Source of the DNA: Saprospiraceae bacterium | Lineage (GTDB): Bacteria; Bacteroidota; Bacteroidia; Chitinophagales; Saprospiraceae | DNA length: 64,000 nt | Direction: 5' to 3' | NCBI GenBank assembly: GCA_965223405.1 | Contig: CBDCWO010000006.1 | Span: 2,904,364 to 2,968,363, forward strand | Made by a program: the position numbers and the translations under genes | The notes under the pieces: generated by a model | What the model saw: the letters and a program-made list of their open reading frames with translations, nothing else | Told to the model about the DNA's origin: nothing | Database searches by the model: none | Shown here: in pieces, positions 47,638 to 56,678 of the stretch | Layout of the letters: each line of letters opens with the position of its first letter | Numbering within the stretch: position 1 is the stretch's first letter

Positions 47638-49149
47638 CTAGTTATCCGACGGAAGCGCTATTGACACGGGTTCATTTTTTTCCCAATCGAAGAGTGTGAG
47701 TATTTTTAAATCCAGTAATTGTGTTTTATAATTAATTAAGGCACGAGCGTAGTCAATTTTCTTGGTAGATAGCTGATTCTGAAATTGATTAAGATCAATT
47801 CCTGATAAATCACCATTGATATACCTTTCAAGATTGATTTCATACGTTCTTTGCGCATTTTCTACACTTTTTTTGGCAATTTCGATACGAGGCATTTGAG
47901 TTTGAATATTACGGTAGGAACGGCGGATATCCATTCGTATCTGTTTGCGATCTTCAGCCAGGTCCAACCGCTGTGATCGCATGGATACTTCCTGGGCTCG
48001 AATCCGGGCTTCTCGTTCACCCCAATCGAAAATTGGTATGTTAAATGAAATTCCGATACTGGGGTTATTGGTAGGCATATTATAAATCTTGCCAAACTGC
48101 TCATCGTCCCCAAATATCCCTAGGGTCAACTGAAGATCTGCTCTAAACTCATTTTGGGCTTTAGTTCTTTCCAGTTCGAAAAATGATTTTTCAATGTTAA
48201 TTTGTCTTTGTTGGAGTTCCATGCGGGATTTCAAAGCATATTCGATGGCTTTTTCCAAATCCACGACTACAGGTATTGCTTCTAAATCAGTAGATAGCTG
48301 AATCTGCTGATCAAGGTTCATTCCAATTTCTCTTTTGAATGATTCTTCGGCATTCGTCAAAGCCAGTTCGCTATCCTGAAGTGACAGCTGAGCATTGGCA
48401 AAATTGAGTTCGGCCTGGTACAACTCCTCCTGTGCCAGCAATCCTGCTTCAACTTTGTTTTTCACGATCTCAAAATTTTTAGAAGTATTCTCCAGTTCAT
48501 CTTTGGCAATATCCAGGTTCAATTGAGCAAGATAGACATCAAAAAACTGACTGGTAATCGTTTTCTCCAGTGTTAATCGCTGAATAGCGTATTCCAAGCT
48601 GGCATTCTGATAGTTTAATTCCAATTCCTCAAGTTGCATTTTTCTTCGATTGAAAGTAAAGATCGGTTGGTTAAAGGCCAGATATAAATTATTGTAAAAC
48701 GCTTTATTGGAATTCTCTCCGAAACCCACAATTTCAGATTTGTTATTGCGCCAGCTTAAATTGTTGATTAAAGCAATAGTGCCATCGGTTTTCAAGATGG
48801 GTTGTTCTACCCGGAAAGATCCGGAAGAAAATACTTCCTTATTAGTGAACCACTGAGAAAACTGATTATCAAAACTCCGGCGGTTACTGAAGTTGAATGG
48901 ATCCAGAGTTAGGGAAAACCGTGATTTCAAGGATGCCCTTTCAGCTTCCAAGCTGAATTGATATTGTTCGATATTAAAAAGAGAACGCTGAATTGAAGGA
49001 CTTCCTTGTTCCGCTATTTCCATGGCCGACTCCAGAGTCAGTAGAGTCTGGGTAGATCCCGGTTGTGCAAGCAAAAATACAAACAACAAGAATCCGTGGG
49101 ATACAACTGAAGGTGCAATTCTAAATATTTTTAAGTATTTCATAATCAT
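47638..49149 (-). CDS. TolC-like outer membrane efflux protein
   Basis: 503 aa with a signal peptide and two tandem repeats of the long helical OEP pattern. Its position in the efflux operon supports the call. Confidence 0.8.
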   Translation of the reverse strand: MIMKYLKIFRIAPSVVSHGFLLFVFLLAQPGSTQTLLTLESAMEIAEQGSPSIQRSLFNIEQYQFSLEAERASLKSRFSLTLDPFNFSNRRSFDNQFSQWFTNKEVFSSGSFRVEQPILKTDGTIALINNLSWRNNKSEIVGFGENSNKAFYNNLYLAFNQPIFTFNRRKMQLEELELNYQNASLEYAIQRLTLEKTITSQFFDVYLAQLNLDIAKDELENTSKNFEIVKNKVEAGLLAQEELYQAELNFANAQLSLQDSELALTNAEESFKREIGMNLDQQIQLSTDLEAIPVVVDLEKAIEYALKSRMELQQRQINIEKSFFELERTKAQNEFRADLQLTLGIFGDDEQFGKIYNMPTNNPSIGISFNIPIFDWGEREARIRAQEVSMRSQRLDLAEDRKQIRMDIRRSYRNIQTQMPRIEIAKKSVENAQRTYEINLERYINGDLSGIDLNQFQNQLSTKKIDYARALINYKTQLLDLKILTLFDWEKNEPVSIALPSDN

Positions 49150-49159
49150 AGATTTTGAT

Positions 49160-52100
49160 CTAATCCATTTTTACCAATTTAATTGCATCGGCAAAAATTG
49201 CTCTGAGTCTGGATTCATTACTTAATGTAATAGTAGCTGTATCTGCTGTAAAAACATAATCGCCAAGGGAGTTCCAACCACCCGGAGATTGGTGGGATAA
49301 TTCGATACTTGGACGGTCTATTCCATTCGCATGGGGTATCACAAATTGATAATTTCCTTTTTGACCGCGATTCCAATTGAATGAATCGTCTTTATACACA
49401 TGATAAAAGACATCATATCTTCCCGGTTCGGATATCGGAATATTCCATTTGGCTTCCTTGGAGCCATCCCCGGCTTTGATGTAGAAGGCGGATCTAATGA
49501 ATTCTCCAAAAAAGCGATCATTGGTCGTTGCCGTCCAATTGAGAGGTGCACGCCATACCATAGTACCCTGATACTTGAAATCATCGTCCACTTCCGCTTT
49601 CAACCATTTGCGAAGCCGGCTTACTTCTTCAAAATGGGTAAATTCGAAACTGGGATTTTCATTGTCAACAATGATCTCATTATCATTTACGATCACCAGG
49701 GGGTTAGCAACGATTTCCTGTTTTTCTACAGCATTGGTAACCTTAGTTTTGTTAATGACTTCAAAGGAATAGTCAATCTGGTTGGGTAGATTTCCCGAAG
49801 TAAGTGTATTAAAATGGATACCGGCCGGTTCAGTCAGTGATAAATAAAATGCTTCTTTAGTTTGCCCTGGCTCGAGATATATCAATTTTTCCTGGGTATC
49901 TCCTGGGCGAAGTTTGGATTTCACTACACCTCCCGTTGTCCCCAAGTTTGAAATCTTAAAGCGAACCCGGTTCATTTCTCGATTCCCCACCAACACCTTC
50001 TCGGCCACAGGAGTGCTAAATAGATATTGAGCCATATCGGTTTCGTTAAACCATTTGGTCATATGTTGGGATAAATCCACTCCAAATTCGGCGTAAATGT
50101 GTTTTTGGAACTCTGCAAATTTTAGATTTTTGAAACGATATTCTTGCAACAACTGGATTACATATTCTCGAAACCGGTCTGTTTTTGCAATGGCTTGAAT
50201 CATTGAAAAGAGCATCTCTCCCTTTAATTCTATAACATTGTCTATCAAAGATTGGTGTTCCGATAGATTTAGAATTTGGGCAAAGGATTTTTCCTGTAAA
50301 ACCATATTGGCCAATTCATTTTGGGTACTGCCGCTTGTCTGTCGCATCCAATCCCTGCCGCGATTGTTTTCGATTCGTAAATAAGACTCAAAGACACGAT
50401 TTAGAACTGGCCAATCTTTTGAATCCAGATTGTTACACATTTCATATAATTGACCAAATTGATAGTACGGATTTAAAGTTTCTTCTACCTGCGCCCTACC
50501 GGCATTAAAATTGGTGTTGATGTTTTTGAATCGGTAAAATTCTTCTAAGAATACATGGAGTACCTCGATTTGCAATTCCTCAGCAGTTTTATTTCGGCGG
50601 CGGTTCCACCTTTTGCGACGCTTGACGGATCCATTAAAATCCAAATTCCTGGTGTACAAGCCTTTTTCCGGTATCAATACTTGTCCGGGTTGGATTGTCT
50701 GATGAACTGAGGTCCAATTGCGATCATAGGTTTTGAATTGACCAGGAACCTCGATGATTGTAAATTTATCAAATGGGTATTTTAGCCCGGATTGCCGTTC
50801 AAAATCTCTTAACCTTTCTTCAATAATTGAAGGGAGGGTATCTCTTATATCCTGAAAGGCATTATTAAAATAGTCATGGCCATCGATGTAATAGAGTGAA
50901 AACTTCATGCTATCGGTATCCAAGGTGGTCCGTTTGTAATTTCCTATTGCTACTGACAGTTGAGGTAAACCATAGTCACGTTCAAAAAAATAAGTGTTTT
51001 CTTCCAGTTGTGTAGGATGACCTTGTGAAATCGGAATCAATCCGGGCAGAGTTTTTATGGTCAATTGGTAATTGACAAAATCCTTTCGATACCAGAATGG
51101 TGATGCATTACTATATCCGACTCCTGATTGGGGATACCATTGCGCTTCAGGTGTTAACAGTAGATATTGCGGATGGATAAATGCGTATCTACTCCCAATA
51201 TCAAATAAATAATTCTTCTTTTTTTCAGATTTAAGTTTTTCATCAATATCCAAATAGCAGGCATTTTCGTCAATTGTACCCTGATATTCTATGCGCAATT
51301 CGATTGAAGTTTCAATAGGCAAAATAGTATCAAATCGAACTATCAACAATTGTAATTTTCGCTCATATTCCAATTCCTTTGCTATTGATGAAACAGATAT
51401 GACTTTTAGTCCCGGATTTAAAGTAAAAACAAATTCGCTAGCCGCTGTCTCCGTATAACCTTTTATTCTTGAAACGGCCTTGTAATCGGACTCATTTTGT
51501 TCCAATCTAATTTCATGATCTTCAATATCAATTTGGGCATGCGAGATATAGCTATTATTCAGTGCAATCATTTCTGCCGATAAGACTTTGTGTTCCTGAT
51601 AATTCTTTAAATGCTGGTGGCCGAGGTAAAGAGCAGATCCAATTGCCAGGACACCCAACATAAAAGATGAGATATTTATTAATCTGGATTGGGGTAAACG
51701 ATTTGAAATGAGGATAGAAAAAAACATGAAACCTAAACCCAAACAAGTATACATTACCCGCAGACTCAATATCGTAGGCCAGTCTCCAAAACCGACTAAT
51801 TCCGAATGAAATAAAGGGAGATAAAAGGCCATATAATCAAAGAGGTAATTGTGGGATCCGCGTAAATAAATTAAGCTGGAAAGGATATAACCCAATAGCA
51901 GAACAAAAGTCAATGCCTGATTACGGATAACTCCCATTAAAAAGATAGACAATCCAACAATAAATGTTAACGTAGGAACAGAGATTAACAGTGGATAGTA
52001 CAAATAAGCCTGCCAATCGACGTAGGTATCCTTGGCTAGTAAATTAAAAACCAGCGCCATCAACAATGCCACCACGTTGATCAATAGAAATATGGACAAG

Positions 52101-52435
52101 ATGCTCCAAACTTTACCAAACAGATATGTGGCATTACTCATGGACCGAACATAAAAGACCTCGGTGGTGTCCTGTTTTCGGTCACGTTTTATAAATTCTG
52201 AAGACAAGAATACAGCAATAATTGCCTGTGCGACATTTAGGATAAATAGATTGGCATAAGGAAGATTTGCAGGGATTGCCCGATACACCCATTCCATATC
52301 ACCCACCTCAGAAATTTCACCCATATTGAATGCAAATAGTACAAATAGTGAGAGCACCGAGAAAATTCTAAAAAACCAACTCCGCATTAGAATTTTGCGC
52401 TCGTATTTTGCTATCGTTCTAAAAGTAAAGATCAT
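49160..52435 (-). CDS. ABC-2-type permease fused to a large M1-peptidase-like extracytoplasmic region and a C-terminal golvesin-like domain
   Basis: 1091 aa. About 280 N-terminal residues are polytopic. The central region resembles the permease/M1-aminopeptidase fusions of Bacteroidota, but there is no HExxH or GxMEN anywhere. The C-terminus GRYDVFYHVY...GGWNSLGDYVF...AIFADAIKLV fits the golvesin C-terminal pattern (tentative). Confidence 0.7.
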   Translation of the reverse strand: MIFTFRTIAKYERKILMRSWFFRIFSVLSLFVLFAFNMGEISEVGDMEWVYRAIPANLPYANLFILNVAQAIIAVFLSSEFIKRDRKQDTTEVFYVRSMSNATYLFGKVWSILSIFLLINVVALLMALVFNLLAKDTYVDWQAYLYYPLLISVPTLTFIVGLSIFLMGVIRNQALTFVLLLGYILSSLIYLRGSHNYLFDYMAFYLPLFHSELVGFGDWPTILSLRVMYTCLGLGFMFFSILISNRLPQSRLINISSFMLGVLAIGSALYLGHQHLKNYQEHKVLSAEMIALNNSYISHAQIDIEDHEIRLEQNESDYKAVSRIKGYTETAASEFVFTLNPGLKVISVSSIAKELEYERKLQLLIVRFDTILPIETSIELRIEYQGTIDENACYLDIDEKLKSEKKKNYLFDIGSRYAFIHPQYLLLTPEAQWYPQSGVGYSNASPFWYRKDFVNYQLTIKTLPGLIPISQGHPTQLEENTYFFERDYGLPQLSVAIGNYKRTTLDTDSMKFSLYYIDGHDYFNNAFQDIRDTLPSIIEERLRDFERQSGLKYPFDKFTIIEVPGQFKTYDRNWTSVHQTIQPGQVLIPEKGLYTRNLDFNGSVKRRKRWNRRRNKTAEELQIEVLHVFLEEFYRFKNINTNFNAGRAQVEETLNPYYQFGQLYEMCNNLDSKDWPVLNRVFESYLRIENNRGRDWMRQTSGSTQNELANMVLQEKSFAQILNLSEHQSLIDNVIELKGEMLFSMIQAIAKTDRFREYVIQLLQEYRFKNLKFAEFQKHIYAEFGVDLSQHMTKWFNETDMAQYLFSTPVAEKVLVGNREMNRVRFKISNLGTTGGVVKSKLRPGDTQEKLIYLEPGQTKEAFYLSLTEPAGIHFNTLTSGNLPNQIDYSFEVINKTKVTNAVEKQEIVANPLVIVNDNEIIVDNENPSFEFTHFEEVSRLRKWLKAEVDDDFKYQGTMVWRAPLNWTATTNDRFFGEFIRSAFYIKAGDGSKEAKWNIPISEPGRYDVFYHVYKDDSFNWNRGQKGNYQFVIPHANGIDRPSIELSHQSPGGWNSLGDYVFTADTATITLSNESRLRAIFADAIKLVKMD

Positions 52436-52455
52436 TACTATTCAAAATTCATTTA

Positions 52456-53361
52456 CTAACTGGTCAATATCGATTTGGAATTATTTTTAATGGTATGTTC
52501 AACAAAGTAGACATAGGCATGCTCTAAATTTGGGGGTATTGCTTCCGCATTATAACCACTTACATCATCACCGACCACAATGACCTTCCAACCATCCTTC
52601 ATCATCATGGTGGATACCACTTGAAATTTTTGATTAACGTCCATGTATTCCTGCTCCGATACATGAATAGACCATACATGGTTTTGGGCCTGTTGAATAA
52701 GTTTTTCCGGAGACCCTGAAAACGCTACCTTTCCCTTATTTAAAAGAGCCATATGCTCACAAGTGCTGGAAATATCCGCCACAATATGCGTCGAAAGGAT
52801 AATAATGACATCTTGTGAACTCAAGTGGGCTAACAGATTTCGAAATCGAATACGCTCTTCGGGATCCAGTCCGGTAGTAGGTTCATCTACTACGATTATT
52901 TTTGGATTATTAATTAAAGCTTGAGCGATACCAAGTCGTCGTTTCATACCACCTGATAACTTACCTGCTTTACGGCTTCTCACATCAAAAAGACCAACTT
53001 CTTCCAGCAAATGGTCTACGGCCTGAGTTCGTTCACGTTTGGTTTTCATGCCGGCCAGTCGAGCTGCATAATCCAAAAACTCATGAGTTTTCAAGTTGGA
53101 GAAAAAGCTAAAATCCTGAGGTAAGTACCCTAGCATGCTACGTACGTAATCTCGGTTTTCTGCAACATCTTTTCCGTTTACTAACACTTTGCCACTACTG
53201 GGTTTCATCAAAGTCACCAAAATTCGCATTAAACTGGATTTACCCGCACCATTTGGTCCAAGCAACCCGAACATACCTTCCTTAATTTCAAGATTAATAT
53301 CATGGAGGGCATGATTTCCGTTTGGATAAACTTTGTTCAAGCCTTGTATTGAGATATTCAT
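52456..53361 (-). CDS. ABC transporter ATP-binding protein (ABC-2/CcmA-like)
   Basis: 301 aa with GPNGAGKSS, LPQ, LSGGMKRR, IIVVDEPTTGLD and LSTH. It is clearly paralogous to the NBD fused to the RND protein. Confidence 0.9.
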   Translation of the reverse strand: MNISIQGLNKVYPNGNHALHDINLEIKEGMFGLLGPNGAGKSSLMRILVTLMKPSSGKVLVNGKDVAENRDYVRSMLGYLPQDFSFFSNLKTHEFLDYAARLAGMKTKRERTQAVDHLLEEVGLFDVRSRKAGKLSGGMKRRLGIAQALINNPKIIVVDEPTTGLDPEERIRFRNLLAHLSSQDVIIILSTHIVADISSTCEHMALLNKGKVAFSGSPEKLIQQAQNHVWSIHVSEQEYMDVNQKFQVVSTMMMKDGWKVIVVGDDVSGYNAEAIPPNLEHAYVYFVEHTIKNNSKSILTS

Positions 53362-53551
53362 TTCATCGTGGTAAGGTTATCTGAAAGTAAGAAACTTATG
53401 CAGCGCAAATGAATTAATAGGGATGAAATTAGATTAATACCGTGATGAGCTCGACGAAATAGATGTTATTTGAGAGTTCGGTAACACACAATATCGAAAT
53501 ATCAGAAAAGGAGAGAATATTGTTTGTCTGAATAAAAGGGTGGATGTACAG

Positions 53552-54331
53552 TCAATTTTTTCTAATACCCAATAGATTGACCACACAGTTTTCCATATTA
53601 CCTACGGTAAACGCAAATTCCTGCTTTATTTTAGTGCCATCGGAGTAGCTGGCGGGACTCCAATTGGGCATGCAACGAATTGCGTTTAATAATAAGGTAT
53701 CGATTTTTTCATCCTTAAAAGGCCAAAAAATATGCGCATTAACGACTTGTCCTAGATTATCAATGGTAAATTTTACGGTAGCTAAGTCGAGATTCTGAAA
53801 GGTACTATCCGGAATTTGACTTAAGGCGTTTTCCTTCAGATAGTGTCTCAGCTGTTGTACACCACCGGGATATTTTGCATCACTTTGGGGAAGTACGGCC
53901 AGTTTAAAATCAATGACTTTGATTTCATTATGACTTAAAGTGTTATCAGGAATGTATTGAACCACAACGGCTATATCAGTTCCTGAGTCGGCCACGGTGA
54001 TCAGATCTTTTTGTTTCTGACTGAGGGTATCGTTTTTACTCCTGGCCGTTTTGGTCTGGCCTCGATAGAGTGTTATTATCTCTACCGAAATATATTCTTT
54101 GATCCAGGAAGATTGATATTTCTCATTCAGATCAATTAGGGTTTGTGCTGTTTTGAGTTCATCCTTTGTAATCGAAAAATACGGATAGATCGGATTGATT
54201 TCAAAATGAAGTTCATTGCTAAATCGCTCTTGGGATATACTAAAATGAGGGAAAGAGAGCCACACAAATATCACAGTTACAAAGAGATGTTTGATCAATT
54301 TAGCAACAAATTCAGGCATATCGAGGTTCAA
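53552..54331 (-). CDS. Membrane-anchored protein with TonB-C-terminal-like domain
   Basis: 259 aa with an N-terminal TM or signal sequence. The C-terminal KYPGGVQQLRHYLKEN...ATVKFTIDNLGQVVNAHI...NAIRCMPNWSPASYSDGTKIKQEFAF fits the TonB_C fold pattern. Confidence 0.6.
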   Translation of the reverse strand: MNLDMPEFVAKLIKHLFVTVIFVWLSFPHFSISQERFSNELHFEINPIYPYFSITKDELKTAQTLIDLNEKYQSSWIKEYISVEIITLYRGQTKTARSKNDTLSQKQKDLITVADSGTDIAVVVQYIPDNTLSHNEIKVIDFKLAVLPQSDAKYPGGVQQLRHYLKENALSQIPDSTFQNLDLATVKFTIDNLGQVVNAHIFWPFKDEKIDTLLLNAIRCMPNWSPASYSDGTKIKQEFAFTVGNMENCVVNLLGIRKN

Positions 54332-54386
54332 GGTTTATAACTATCAGTAATTAAGCAAAGTTAATCTGGAGCCTATATTTATCAAA

Positions 54387-54421
54387 TTGTAAAGTGTAAA
54401 TTAGTGTAAAATGAACGTAAA
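54387..54421 (+). promoter_or_regulatory. Array of four direct heptamer repeats (candidate winged-helix operator)
   Basis: TTGTAAA (54387), GTGTAAA (54394), GTGTAAA (54404) and ACGTAAA (54415). The last three are spaced 10 and 11 bp apart, one helical turn. The array lies 30-60 bp upstream of a TAnnTTTG box. Confidence 0.4.
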
Positions 54422-54448
54422 CCACTTCCAAAAAGGGTAATAATCCAA

Positions 54449-54456
54449 TACTTTTG
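54449..54456 (+). promoter_or_regulatory. Bacteroidota-type -7 promoter box (TAnnTTTG)
   Basis: tacttttg lies 60 bp upstream of the ATG at 54516. Confidence 0.4.
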
Positions 54457-54515
54457 TATCATAGTCAATACGAATGTCGTTCTTTAACCAATACCAATTT
54501 TGACCAAATTTTAGT

Positions 54516-55502
54516 ATGACTGCATCAAAAAATATATTTCATTCAGGTATTTTTCTTGTGAACTTGGTTATAGAAAAACAAATTAAATCAGCATACCAGA
54601 AACTTGGATTATTGGTGGTCTTATTCATAATTCCCTTCGCAGCAATTAGCTCATCGGATAAACTGGTTGATGAAAAACGTACCATGGTAGCCATGAGAAC
54701 CATCGGGCATCAGGTATTACTTAGTATCGGAGATAGCGACTCTCGGATCATGCCTATTGAAAAGACAGATGGATATTTTAAAATTCCTTTTGGAGTTGAA
54801 TTTGGATTTGATCCAGGAGATATTGTTTCAATCATTGACAGTATAATGAGAGATACAAAATTTGCATCCCATGTATTAGTCGAAGTAGGACAATGTGACT
54901 CTAATGAGATCGTACATAGTTTTGAAATTAAAAATGAAGGAAACTCCAGTAAGATTGCTTGTATCGGGAGAAAATTGCCAAAGGACTGTTATAGTCTTTT
55001 TGTTACTATTATAGACAGCAGTGGATCTGGAAATCAGAGTCCTGATAAATTATCATCTAGTGGTTTGTCCATAATTTCATCCAAGTTCAAAGAATCAAAA
55101 CTTTTTCAATCTGCATTCTTGTTGACCCCTTTGATTCTACTACTGGGTTTTTTAGGTTATTTTATCAATAAGAAAAATGAGGTTAGCAAAGATCCAAATC
55201 TGATACTAATCGGTTCTTCCGAGTTTGATACGCGGAATATGTCCCTTTCATATCAAGATAAAAGGGTTGAGTTGTCATACAAAGAAGCACAACTACTTTC
55301 CTTACTTCACACTTCTGCAAATACACCTATCGCACGCGAAGTGTTGCTCCAAAGGGTTTGGGGTGATGAAGGTGGTTATGTAGGAAGGACGCTAGATGTC
55401 TTTATTTCCAAATTACGTAAAAAACTGGAGGCAGATGCCAGTGTGAAAATTGTAAATATCAGAGGGGTTGGTTATAAACTGGTCATGAAGGCTACGAAGT
55501 AA
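54516..55502 (+). CDS. Membrane-anchored one-component regulator with C-terminal OmpR/PhoB-type winged-helix DNA-binding domain
   Basis: 328 aa. TM1 is about aa 30-45, followed by a non-cytoplasmic domain of about 150 aa, then TM2 LFQSAFLLTPLILLLGFLGYFI. The trans_reg_C pattern is ELSYKEAQLLSLLHTSANTPIAREVLLQRVWG...TLDVFISKLRKKL...IVNIRGVGYKL. There is no receiver domain. Confidence 0.75.
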   Translation: MTASKNIFHSGIFLVNLVIEKQIKSAYQKLGLLVVLFIIPFAAISSSDKLVDEKRTMVAMRTIGHQVLLSIGDSDSRIMPIEKTDGYFKIPFGVEFGFDPGDIVSIIDSIMRDTKFASHVLVEVGQCDSNEIVHSFEIKNEGNSSKIACIGRKLPKDCYSLFVTIIDSSGSGNQSPDKLSSSGLSIISSKFKESKLFQSAFLLTPLILLLGFLGYFINKKNEVSKDPNLILIGSSEFDTRNMSLSYQDKRVELSYKEAQLLSLLHTSANTPIAREVLLQRVWGDEGGYVGRTLDVFISKLRKKLEADASVKIVNIRGVGYKLVMKATK

Positions 55503-55711
55503 AGCCATTGGCTCTTGTTTTTTCTTTTACAGATGGAAGTTCAGATCTATCGATTCACTTTAATCTATTTGACAACAGAATAAGTGAGACAGTAAATTGG
55601 ATTTATTTCATTTTGCATACAGCAGTTTAAAATGTGAACCATTTCGCCAACTCCCTTGGAATATTTTTCGTCTTTTAATTAGATTAACAGATAATAATCG
55701 AACTCAGGTTA

Positions 55712-56667
55712 TTAATTAACCCAAGTTGCGAACTATAGATTGATAGACCTAAAAAAGGTGTAAGCTAACACAAAAAGGAATATTTTGATCAAAAAGCCTT
55801 GGGGCGTGACTGCATGGATTTTAGCAGGCATCATTTGAGCTATTTCACTAAAAGTGGTTTCAATACGTTTTCTTTTATTTTCTATTAAATAATCTGTATA
55901 GGGTTTATGTTGTCTTTTGAGGTTGGATTTTCTTTGTACCAGTAAATGAATTTGGTCGCATTCCATCAACAAATCTTCGTACTGATAATCGTTGTAAATA
56001 GCATCTGCATACAAGGTGCTATCAACAGGTAAATCCAAATTCATAGATTTAAAAGCGGTTATGTCGGAGAAAGAACCAGCCGCAATATAATAGTCCACTG
56101 GTATTCCATTTGCATCCACTACCAATTGGACTTTAAAACCATAAAAATACTCCCTTTTAGAAACACATTTGCCACGATAAGCTTTGTTTTTCAATAACTT
56201 ACAGTTTGGGATTCGAATGTTGTGACACACTTTAACCGGAAATGAATCAATGATGTATTCACTACTTATATTTAGATTTTTGATCCTTTGTCCAAGACCT
56301 CGAAATAGACTCCATAATAAAAATTCTAATCCATGAAGTCTTCTATTAAATCCGCTTTTATCAATAAATACAACTCCATGATGTGACCTCATATAACCTC
56401 TGGCTTTGACCATGTTGCATCCAAAATATCTGGATGCTATAATTGCGGTTGTTAAAATTTCAGCATCAGTAGTTTTTCTTAATGATTCATCTTTTTTTCT
56501 TGAAATCTTGACAAAATCATCAATAAAGCAATAAATTGTAATTACATAATTTTCCATAATGGGTGTAGATTTTGGTGGGATGAGACCTCCTTAATTTACA
56601 CCATTATGGATTCTTTAGCAATATGTATTATCATTTATTTTAATACGTCGCAACTTGGGTTAATTAA
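55712..56667 (-). mobile_element. IS982-family insertion sequence, copy B (956 bp)
   Basis: It has the same 20-bp TIRs as copy A and is flanked by a 3-bp direct repeat TTA (55709-55711 and 56668-56670). Confidence 0.85.
55733..56557 (-). CDS. IS982-family DDE transposase
   Basis: The 274-aa product is identical to that of 29007-29831. Confidence 0.85.
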   Translation of the reverse strand: MENYVITIYCFIDDFVKISRKKDESLRKTTDAEILTTAIIASRYFGCNMVKARGYMRSHHGVVFIDKSGFNRRLHGLEFLLWSLFRGLGQRIKNLNISSEYIIDSFPVKVCHNIRIPNCKLLKNKAYRGKCVSKREYFYGFKVQLVVDANGIPVDYYIAAGSFSDITAFKSMNLDLPVDSTLYADAIYNDYQYEDLLMECDQIHLLVQRKSNLKRQHKPYTDYLIENKRKRIETTFSEIAQMMPAKIHAVTPQGFLIKIFLFVLAYTFFRSINL

Positions 56668-56678
56668 TTATCGTGCAA

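Noticed and set aside
949-49789. Numerous 60-150 aa antisense or out-of-frame ORFs nested inside large genes (for example 949-1197, 12068-12409, 13291-13734, 17352-17765, 40294-40527, 42211-42513, 45250-45490, 49400-49789)
   Set aside because: Each lies entirely within a longer ORF that has strong family motifs. None carries a recognisable motif of its own.
28986-56667. Composite transposon formed by the two identical IS982-family copies
   Set aside because: Each copy has its own matching 3-bp target duplication (TAA/TAA and TTA/TTA), and the outer flanks do not match each other. This indicates two independent insertions. The interior also carries housekeeping genes (scpA, rsmI-like, tRNAs).
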